DNA of 9,553 bases from Okeania sp. (lineage in GTDB: Bacteria; Cyanobacteriota; Cyanobacteriia; Cyanobacteriales; Microcoleaceae). Below are positions 1 through 6,417 of this stretch, piece by piece. Location of the stretch: contig NZ_JAYKGW010000177.1 of assembly GCF_035285525.1 (NCBI RefSeq), positions 1 to 9,553 of the forward strand, read 5' to 3'. The notes beneath the pieces are model-generated. The model was not told the origin of the DNA and searched no databases. It worked only from the letters and a program-made list of their open reading frames with translations. The position numbers were made by a program, and so were the translations under genes. Within the stretch, counting starts at the first letter, position 1. Every line of letters starts with the position of its first letter.

Positions 1-299
1 TGAAGTAACAAAACCCAACTTTTAACAACTTTGTGTAGATTGAAATGAAGTAACAAAACCCAACTTTTAACAACTTTGTGTAGATTGAAATGAAGTAACA
101 AAACCCAACTTTTAACAACTTTGTTTAGGTTTATATTGAGGTAAAAAAAACCCAACTTTTAAAAAATCTGTGTAGATTGAAATGAGGTAAAAAAACCCAA
201 CTTTTAACAACTTTGTTTAGGTTTATATTGAGGTAAAAAAAACCCAACTTTTAAAAAATCTGTGTAGGTTGGGTTGAGGTAAAAAAACCCAACTTTTAA
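1..299. repeat. Tandem array of 45/46-bp units, 6 full copies plus one partial, truncated by the window edge
   Basis: Unit boundaries read directly: 1-45, 46-90 (identical), 91-136, 137-182, 183-228, 229-274, and a partial unit 275-299. The conserved core is tgaRgtaaMaaaacccaacttttaa. The remaining ~17 nt takes only three alternating forms (ctttgtgtagattgaaa, ctttgtttaggtttatat, tctgtgtagRttgRRt). Units 91-182 and 183-274 form a 92-bp higher-order repeat. Confidence 0.95.
266..297 (+). terminator. Hairpin plus T-run formed by the last junction of the tandem array (intrinsic-terminator-like)
   Basis: gttgggtt (268-275) pairs with aacccaac (286-293), an 8-bp stem with a 10-nt loop, followed by tttt (294-297). 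Only the last full unit carries ggttgggt in place of gattgaaa, which creates the complementarity. Any gene it would terminate lies off-window to the left. Confidence 0.25.
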
Positions 300-450
300 G
301 ATCAAATCTGCTGGCTTTGGAGAATAAGATTCTACCATCATAAAAGAGCAAAAACTCCTAGTTTGTAGAGGGTATGGTTCCCGAAAAATTGGATACAAAA
401 CCCTACGATATTAAATTCTACCGATGCTACCGGATTTGATATAAAAAGAT

Positions 451-547
451 TATCAGGACTAAAAAAATTAGAAAAGCAATTTCAATTGAGATTGCTTCGC
501 TGTTGCTCGCAATGACAGAAATACCTTGTTTTGCGTAAGTCCTGATT
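451..547. repeat. MITE-like short element bounded by inverted repeats
   Basis: atcaggact (452-460) and agtcctgat (538-546) are perfect 9-bp inverted repeats. There is an internal hairpin, aagcaat (474-480) with attgctt (491-497). The right end carries the dispersed motif gcgtaagtcct. It has no coding capacity. Confidence 0.4.
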
Positions 548-605
548 ATATAGCAATAGGGTTCAGTTAAGGGTTGTTTTTAAAGTTTTGTAGTCTGAAA
601 ACCCT

Positions 606-640
606 AATTATTAATTATTAATTATTAATTATTAATTATT
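606..640. repeat. Heptanucleotide microsatellite (aattatt)x5, STRR-like
   Basis: Five perfect head-to-tail copies of aattatt at 606-640. The last base overlaps the stop codon (640-642, tca = TGA on the minus strand) of the Cas4-like gene. Heptamer tandem repeats (STRR) are characteristic of heterocystous cyanobacteria. Confidence 0.9.
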
Positions 641-1545
641 CAACCACTTCTCTCAAAAAAACTCTGACACCTTTCCCTCTGAGGACAAATATCACACAAA
701 TACTCTTTCTCCGTCCGTGGAGGTGGATCAGATTGAAACCGCTCCCATCTCAACCACTCCCGCATTTCCTCTAACTTACCCGGAACTAAACACTCCACCA
801 CACTCTCCAACTTTTTCCATGAATAATAATACTCCCCCAACTCAGGCAAAACCCAATAAACAACAGTATCAACAGGCACTTTTTTCTTTTGTTTCAATAA
901 AAAACTATAGAGAGCAACCTCTATCAACTGAGACGATACTTCCGCAGTTTCATAAGTTTGAAAATGAAACACACACAAGCGACGAGACTCAAAATCAAAA
1001 ATTAAATTATTAACCTTTCCTGTTAACTTTTGAGCCTTACCATCTGGTATTTTAAAAGTATAATCTACAGGTATTTCTCCCTTAATTAATGTGCGACGAA
1101 ATACAACACTTTCATGGCAGTAACGCCGATTTTTAACAATGATTTCAGTTATATGAAAAATTATTTTAATTAGTACCTGCCAAACTTCATACAGGCAGGT
1201 TGCTAAACTAATATTTTTAGTAATAATTGTTTGTAAATAAGGAAAGAAAATCAACTCATAAAATAATTGTTGTATTTGATTAGCGATCGCCCCTACCTCC
1301 AATCCCTCAAACTGTCCTGTAAACAAAACCTGAACTTTAGATTCTTGCCGAATCATATTAATTAATTGATTAACTAAATCAACAAAAGCACGATCGATTT
1401 CTGGGATATAATCCTGTGGCAAAAAGAGATAATCACCTCCAAAACTTTGTTTTAAATAAAACAAACGGGGGCAATCAAAAGCAACTTTAACATCATTAAT
1501 ATTAAATGGTGGAGATTGTAATTGAGGTTTATTACTTATTGGCAT
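640..1545 (-). CDS. Cas4/RecB-family PD-(D/E)XK superfamily protein with a 4-Cys (Fe-S type) signature; catalytic residues apparently substituted
   Basis: 301-aa ORF. The N-terminal FDCPRLFYL (C25) plus C-terminal C284-x2-C287-x5-C293 (CDICPQRERC) match the Cas4/AddB-type cluster pattern of one N-terminal Cys plus CxxCx5C. TGKVNNLIF...CVFHFQT occupies the position of the G-x-h-D-x-h ... h-h-(D/E)-x-K-T strands, and it is followed by a QL...Y helix. Confidence 0.75.
   Translation of the reverse strand: MPISNKPQLQSPPFNINDVKVAFDCPRLFYLKQSFGGDYLFLPQDYIPEIDRAFVDLVNQLINMIRQESKVQVLFTGQFEGLEVGAIANQIQQLFYELIFFPYLQTIITKNISLATCLYEVWQVLIKIIFHITEIIVKNRRYCHESVVFRRTLIKGEIPVDYTFKIPDGKAQKLTGKVNNLIFDFESRRLCVFHFQTYETAEVSSQLIEVALYSFLLKQKKKVPVDTVVYWVLPELGEYYYSWKKLESVVECLVPGKLEEMREWLRWERFQSDPPPRTEKEYLCDICPQRERCQSFFERSG
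1283..1290. repeat. HIP1 octamer GCGATCGC
   Basis: Exact GCGATCGC. This highly iterated palindrome is typical of cyanobacterial genomes and is used here as a taxonomic hint only. Confidence 0.8.
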
Positions 1546-1664
1546 TGACGGACTATTTTAATTTTCCTGTTTTTTCAAGTAATTAACGTAACTATGGTTT
1601 TCAGAACTTCCATTCTGGAATGCTGCGCCAACAGCTATCATGCCAAATCCGGCATAATAATTAT

Positions 1665-1703
1665 GACAATAAACCGGGTTTATTGCTGGGATGCGTAAGT
1701 CTT
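1665..1703 (-). repeat. Diverged partial copy of the 'aggacttacgca...aaacccggttt' dispersed element
   Basis: The reverse complement reads aagacttacgca-tcccagcaat-aaacccggttt. The element at 5805-5889 reads aggacttacgca-aag-aaacccggttt. The segment contains the 8-1-8 palindrome aataaacc-g-ggtttatt (1668-1684). Confidence 0.45.
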
Positions 1704-1791
1704 GATAGTGCTATAGCCATTCTTATAAATTATCAGTTTTGTCTATAACAATCAGTTGTAGTTTGTGAGAGTTTGTAATATTTTATCTAAC

Positions 1792-1823
1792 GGGGTTTGG
1801 AGACCAAACCCCTACAGTTTTTT
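1792..1823 (+). terminator. GC-rich hairpin with a downstream T-run in the NTPase/Cas4-like intergenic spacer
   Basis: ggggtttgg (1792-1800), loop aga, ccaaacccc (1804-1812), then tacag and tttttt. The T-run is on the plus strand, although both flanking genes are on the minus strand, so it may be a repeat-family hairpin, a terminator of an unannotated plus-strand RNA, or a bidirectional stop. Confidence 0.3.
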
Positions 1824-1946
1824 CTCACATCTCATTCCTGATTGCCATACAATTAATTATAATCATCAATTATACATTCCTGGTTAAAAAAACCATCAAC
1901 TCTCAGTCAATAAACTAATAGCTCAATGCTAAAAGCTGATAGCTAG

Positions 1947-3941
1947 TTAACCAGGAACAAAACAAATTAATTGTTCATCCACATTTGATGTAGGGGCAAG
2001 AATTTTTATTTTTTGTTCTCCCTCAAGTTGTGCAATTATTAGATCAACTTTTGAATGCTCTATTTTGATAAATTGATTTAGTGTATTTTCCAGAATGCTG
2101 TTGCGTTCTATAAAACTTTTTTGTCTAATTAAATTTAACACAAAATTCTTAATTTCATCTAAATCTGGATGATTTTGCTTTTCTTGAATATTTGTAGGAA
2201 AAACTATAGACAAATCTTGTAATAAACTACAGTTATTGAAAATTTGTGATTCACAAATTATCTCTTCTAACTGTTTCAAACTAATAATCTCATCTTCAAT
2301 CGCTAATTCATTAGCCAGGGCAGCATTCACCAAACTATGATATGTAGCCAGAAAATAAACCGACTCCAAATTAGGTATAATGTGAATATTTTTTGACCTA
2401 CCTTGGAAAATTTTTCTATACATTCTGTAACTAAGATTATTAACATTTCCTACATCAGCAGCTCTCAGCAAATATAAAGTTTCACATAACTTTTTATCCA
2501 CAACTTTCTGGCAAGCATTCATCGTATTGAAAAAGCTATTCATATTTGGATCTTCAGTCCAAACTACACCAATAATTTCTTCTTGATTTTGTTGTTTATA
2601 ACTCAAAGAATAGTTAGCATATTTCCCACTTAATAATTTAGTTTTCACCTCCTGATATTGTAAAGCATTTAATACTTCTGCTAACATCCGAATCAATTCC
2701 GGTGCTGCTAAATAAGTAATTTTACTAATTTTTTTCTGAGTCTTGTTGTAGTTTTCTTGCCAAATCAACTTAAAAGTTTCCCAATGTGTTTTTGGTACTA
2801 AATCTTGACTATTTTCTGTCTGATTTAATAATTTTATTTTGTACTGCTCATATTCCTTACGTCCTAACTCTAATATATTCCGAGGTAGAGTTTTACCACT
2901 GGGAAACTTCTGTTCTAATATTTCTTTTGACAAAGGGAATATAGCAGATTCAGGCTGTGGTTTTGCCAGAGAATATAAAAGATTTAATCGAGCTGCTAAT
3001 ATAGCTTCACCCTGTTCTAAACTAATGGGTTTTAAATGAAAATATCCCGCATTAACTCTCGCTTTATCTGCTGGTTGAATCAAGACAGAATTTTGTTTCC
3101 AGGTACTCGTAATAATACTAATAATTATCAAAAAATTCTGTGGATAGTGAGTATGAATACTAGAATTAACATTAAATAATGCTTGTAAATCTAAAGTTCC
3201 ATTTAACAACCGAGGAATATTATCAAGATTATCAAAACATAAAACAATAGGTTGAGACGCAGCCGAAATAATCCCCAAATTAGTAATAATTTTTTGGGCA
3301 GAATCTTCAGAATCTATACTACCTCTAATTCCCAAAGATTTTAAATCCCCCTCATCTAAATCATCCCCCCGTAACCACTCACAAGCAACATCCCTATACT
3401 TAGAATCTAGTAGATGATAAAGAGCGCTGAAAAAATCATTAGGATTATAAATTCCAGAAGGGTAAATTGCCTTGAGATTTCTGATAAATACTCTTCTTTC
3501 ACCAATAATTTTTTGGAGCAAACCACTATTTTGGAAAGTCAATAAACCTTTGAGCCATAGTAACAACTGAGAATCTGTTTTACCCTCCGGAATTTTCATC
3601 AAACAATCAACAGTTTGGCGTAAGATATGTCGCCAAATATAATCGCTATCAGGCCAAGGATCAATATAAACAAAAAAAGCCTTGGTATTGAATAATTTTT
3701 TGATTCTTCCTAAAAGGTAACTTTTACCAGAACCAGAATCACCCGTAAGTATTAAAGTACGAGGATTATGTTCCTGAGCAACCTGCTCCAATACTGTTTC
3801 TATATCACTGATAATATTTTCATGGATAGAATCAACATTTAGACTAGGATTTTGTTGCTCTTGCCAAAAATTAATGGTATAAAGAGTAACGGGGTCGAAA
3901 GGATTCGGTTTTCTTTGAATAATCTGATCTATAGATTCCAT
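1947..3941 (-). CDS. P-loop NTPase, ORC/Cdc6- or STAND-like (AAA_16-like) with an uncharacterised ~340-aa C-terminal region
   Basis: 664-aa ORF. Walker A is GDSGSGKS (aa 67-74, nt 3720-3743, checked codon by codon). Walker B-like is IVLCFDNLD (aa 232-240). A sensor-1-like hydrophobic strand ending in polar residues is LIIISIITST (271-280). HLKPISLEQGEAILAARL (302-319) resembles the 'h-x-L-x-P-L-s-x-e-E-a' lid motif of ORC/STAND ATPases. Confidence 0.85.
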   Translation of the reverse strand: MESIDQIIQRKPNPFDPVTLYTINFWQEQQNPSLNVDSIHENIISDIETVLEQVAQEHNPRTLILTGDSGSGKSYLLGRIKKLFNTKAFFVYIDPWPDSDYIWRHILRQTVDCLMKIPEGKTDSQLLLWLKGLLTFQNSGLLQKIIGERRVFIRNLKAIYPSGIYNPNDFFSALYHLLDSKYRDVACEWLRGDDLDEGDLKSLGIRGSIDSEDSAQKIITNLGIISAASQPIVLCFDNLDNIPRLLNGTLDLQALFNVNSSIHTHYPQNFLIIISIITSTWKQNSVLIQPADKARVNAGYFHLKPISLEQGEAILAARLNLLYSLAKPQPESAIFPLSKEILEQKFPSGKTLPRNILELGRKEYEQYKIKLLNQTENSQDLVPKTHWETFKLIWQENYNKTQKKISKITYLAAPELIRMLAEVLNALQYQEVKTKLLSGKYANYSLSYKQQNQEEIIGVVWTEDPNMNSFFNTMNACQKVVDKKLCETLYLLRAADVGNVNNLSYRMYRKIFQGRSKNIHIIPNLESVYFLATYHSLVNAALANELAIEDEIISLKQLEEIICESQIFNNCSLLQDLSIVFPTNIQEKQNHPDLDEIKNFVLNLIRQKSFIERNSILENTLNQFIKIEHSKVDLIIAQLEGEQKIKILAPTSNVDEQLICFVPG

Positions 3942-4025
3942 ACTATAATTTGTTCATCTTTTGCAGAATGGTTAGAAAATTACGATACCAAATATAGCGC
4001 TATGCGCAAGTAAGATAAGGGAGCA

Positions 4026-4054
4026 TTGACTTAATCAAAGACTAACGATATTAT
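4026..4054 (+). promoter_or_regulatory. Near-consensus sigma70-type promoter motif on the plus strand (TTGACT-17 nt-TATTAT)
   Basis: ttgact at 4026-4031, a 17-nt spacer at 4032-4048, and tattat at 4049-4054. It points away from the NTPase gene and would read antisense into the wHTH gene. AT-rich DNA produces chance matches, hence the low confidence. Confidence 0.25.
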
Positions 4055-4149
4055 ACGTTATCAAGCATATCATGTTTTGCGCCAGCGTTCGGAGTAAACA
4101 ACCTGAATATCTGTGAATAATAAACCATCGACGGTCTCAGTAAAATCAA

Positions 4150-4177
4150 GTAGGGACGTTCCATCGAATGTCCCTAC
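4150..4177. repeat. Dispersed palindromic hairpin element (gtagggacgtt family); possible minus-strand terminator of the wHTH gene
   Basis: gtagggacgtt (4150-4160) pairs with aatgtccctac (4167-4177), an 11-bp stem with one G-T pair and a 6-nt loop. On the minus strand the stem is followed by ttgatttta. The same 11-mer starts a second hairpin at 7888. Confidence 0.6.
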
Positions 4178-4379
4178 ACATCTGGTTGTCACTTTATGTG
4201 AAGCTTTGTATCAGTTTTATAGATCGGCAGTGTCGCAATAAGCAACAACTAGAGCGGTTGAATTAACTATTTGGGGCTAGTAACGGAGTAGATGGAATCA
4301 ATTACTACAAGAGCAAATCTCCGCGTCCCCGTGTCAAATATTAAAAACATACCTGTTTAAGCTATTCCCTACTCCCTAA

Positions 4380-5204
4380 TTAGTAAGAAATGATGAAAAA
4401 TAAACATCCGCCAATATCTTGAGGAATACCTGCTTCAATTTGTTCTGGTGTGTAAGCTCTTACCTCCTGTAGGGAACTTAATTCTATCTGGTCACTTCTT
4501 TCTAGACGATAGAGTGCTTGATCTAATTCTGTTCGAGATAAAGGAGGCTGTAGTTTTTCTCGTAAATGAAAAATTGGCAAATAGTTATCTGTACCTAGAT
4601 TATGGTCTAAACCTCGAATCACAGCTAAAATCTCAGAGTCAGTAGGTTTACCATTCGACATCTTTGAAGTTATCTTTTGATCTGGCTTAGAGTAGTCAGA
4701 ACAAATATTTGTGCGCATTAACTGGAGGTAATCACTTAACATTTTCAAAGAAATTTCTTTTGCCGTACTGCGGGAGGAATATCCTTGGCATAAAAATTGT
4801 TTTCCTTTTTCTGTTAGCCATACTTCTTTGATTTTCTGAGCAACAACCTCAATCAAACCTTGGTCTGCTAAATCTGCAATAACAGCTTGTCTATAAGTAG
4901 AGTTTATACCAGTCTCCGATGGAGGAATAGCACCCTTAACAGTTGCCTTGAGCAACTTTAACTCTTCCTCAGTTATTGAGCTGACAACTTTTTTACTATC
5001 TAGCAGTAATTTTCCCTGGGGTGATATATTAATTTTTGTAACTTCCTTAGTAAACTTTACTAATCCTTGATCACAAAGTCGGTAACAGATTTCATCCCGT
5101 TCAGAAACCTTCATTTCAGGTTCTGGCTGGATTTTACTAATAGAGACTCTATAGTTTTTGTAGCCTAATAATTTCAAAAGAAACTTAAGATATTTAATAT
5201 TCAT
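4380..5204 (-). CDS. Hypothetical protein with repeated winged-helix-like (wHTH) units; likely DNA-binding
   Basis: 274-aa ORF. There is an internal duplication of the pattern L-x-DQGL-h-x(9-11)-h-x-h-[ST]-x-x-GK-x-h-L: RLCDQGLVKFTKEVTKINISPQGKLLL and DLADQGLIEVVAQKIKEVWLTEKGKQFL. A third related unit is near the C-terminus (LDQALYRLERSDQIELSSL). No enzymatic motif was recognised. An alternative start is at M31. Confidence 0.65.
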   Translation of the reverse strand: MNIKYLKFLLKLLGYKNYRVSISKIQPEPEMKVSERDEICYRLCDQGLVKFTKEVTKINISPQGKLLLDSKKVVSSITEEELKLLKATVKGAIPPSETGINSTYRQAVIADLADQGLIEVVAQKIKEVWLTEKGKQFLCQGYSSRSTAKEISLKMLSDYLQLMRTNICSDYSKPDQKITSKMSNGKPTDSEILAVIRGLDHNLGTDNYLPIFHLREKLQPPLSRTELDQALYRLERSDQIELSSLQEVRAYTPEQIEAGIPQDIGGCLFFIISY

Positions 5205-5706
5205 GCGATCGTCCGTTACCCACTTGCAAAAATCAGCTAATTAATATTATTATTATTTTAATTAAATAGGTAAAGCTTGACTATTTTTTGTAAAAAAGTT
5301 AAAAATAACTTCAGGTAATTTAATGGAGTTGTGCCAAATTCCATAAACGAAAATCTAAATGCCTTACTCTATAATCAGCTTATGATAACTAGATTTGGTG
5401 TTATGTGATCGCGTCCTGACATGGCCAGAAAAAAATCTGCCCTCAACCGACTTAGATCGTAAACATTAAATCTGAGCAATATTCCTCAAATTTTCTCTCG
5501 GAAAATTCCTAATTAACTTGTAGGATGTCTATAGATTTAGATCTAAATTTCCACAAGTAAGTCAAGGAATACGGTCGGGAAATCAAGAGATGTCAATGTC
5601 TCTGGATGAGTAACTAATGATGCTCTCAGTAGAAGCATAAAAATCGAAATGTCATTAATTGTGATATTCTTAGATCGGTTTTATGAATTAGCTGAGTAGC
5701 TTATAA

Positions 5707-5792
5707 ATATAGGACTTACACGGGAAGAACCCGGTTTCTACAATAATATAGTTGTTTTGAGCAATAGATATCTACCCTCGTACCGGGTTTCT
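5707..5792 (+). repeat. Copy 1 of a duplicated ~85-bp structured element
   Basis: atataggacttacacgggaagaacccggtttctacaataatatagttgttttgagcaatagatatctaccctcgtaccgggtttct. aacccggt (5728-5735) pairs with accgggtt (5782-5789), closing a ~46-nt domain that contains the palindrome tagatatcta (5765-5774). Confidence 0.85.
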
Positions 5793-5804
5793 CCTAAGTT
5801 AAGT

Positions 5805-5889
5805 ATATAGGACTTACGCAAAGAAACCCGGTTTCTACAATAATATAGTTGTTTTGAGCAATAGATATCTACCCTTGTACCGGGTTTCT
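5805..5889 (+). repeat. Copy 2 of the duplicated ~85-bp structured element
   Basis: Nearly identical to 5707-5792. The differences are clustered in the head (acgggaag vs gcaaagaa) plus one c/t change. The closing stem is longer here: agaaacccggt (5822-5832) pairs with accgggtttct (5879-5889). A 12-bp spacer (5793-5804) separates the copies. Confidence 0.85.
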
Positions 5890-6417
5890 GGGTTCACATG
5901 GTTTTAGTCCTGAATCTAGTCTCAATGTGGCCGTTTTGACTGAAATTGTACTTCATAAACAAGCAATGTGGAAATCATGGTGTTAACCCATTAAACCTCA
6001 AAGCTAACAAACAATAAGTATGTTAAAGTAGTCATAAGAAAACAATCTGGGTAAACCCAAAAAATTAGACTAAGGCGTGGTAAAAACCAACAAGTTCAAA
6101 TGTAATGCTGGTGAGCGTACCTATAATCTATAATATATAAAGCTTGTAGCCTAAGAATTAATCATAATTTCCCAGATTTAGTTATCATAAATCTGTTAGG
6201 CAGCATTGAGCATTTACTAATTCTCACCACCTAAACCCTATTTTTTCAAACTGGGATGAAATTTAGAATGTTTCCAACTACTGGGAATCCTAAAAATTTT
6301 GAATTTTTCCAAAGTGATAAATAAGGAGTCACAAATTAGCTATAATTGGGTTCATACTGCCTATTATAAAGTTCTGAACAATATTTGATGTTAGGAACCA
6401 AATAAAGTTGTAAGCAA

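Noticed and set aside
1-299. Possible CRISPR array next to a Cas4-family gene
   Set aside because: The period is only 45-46 bp. The would-be spacers are ~17 nt and recur in three alternating versions instead of being unique. No cas1, cas2 or effector genes are present in the window. It is better described as a tandem or higher-order repeat.
204-398. 64-aa minus-strand ORF from the ORF track
   Set aside because: More than half of it is translated from the tandem repeat units, which gives a reiterated LKVGFF peptide. It has no start context or recognisable motif and is most likely a repeat artefact.
717-1013. 98-aa plus-strand ORF
   Set aside because: It lies entirely antisense within the well-supported Cas4-like CDS. 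Its composition is proline, threonine and asparagine rich and low in complexity, typical of a shadow ORF.
640-1545. Cas4 as part of a CRISPR adaptation module, or of an AddAB/RecBCD-type helicase-nuclease
   Set aside because: No cas1/cas2, CRISPR array or UvrD-type helicase motifs occur anywhere in the window. The protein is a stand-alone ~300-aa Cas4-fold domain.
2839-3039. 66-aa plus-strand ORF
   Set aside because: It is a shadow ORF antisense to the NTPase gene with no motifs.
3942-3960. TATAGT/AATTAT hexamers immediately upstream of the NTPase ATG as evidence of a leaderless mRNA
   Set aside because: The hexamers end 0-3 nt from the ATG, which is too close for a -10 element that would start transcription at the A of the start codon. 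AT-rich context makes such matches uninformative.
3994-4003. Perfect 10-bp palindrome atagcgctat upstream of the NTPase gene (also tagatatcta at 5765-5774) as an operator
   Set aside because: Perfect 10-bp palindromes are expected several times by chance in 9.5 kb (about 1 per kb), so there is no independent support.
4448-4645. 65-aa plus-strand ORF
   Set aside because: It is a shadow ORF antisense to the wHTH gene with no motifs.
5205-6417. tRNA, rRNA or other classical RNA genes in the large non-coding regions
   Set aside because: I could not find T-loop (GGTTCGAATCC-like) or acceptor-stem arrangements, or rRNA-like conserved blocks, by eye. Absence cannot be proven without tRNAscan-SE or Infernal.
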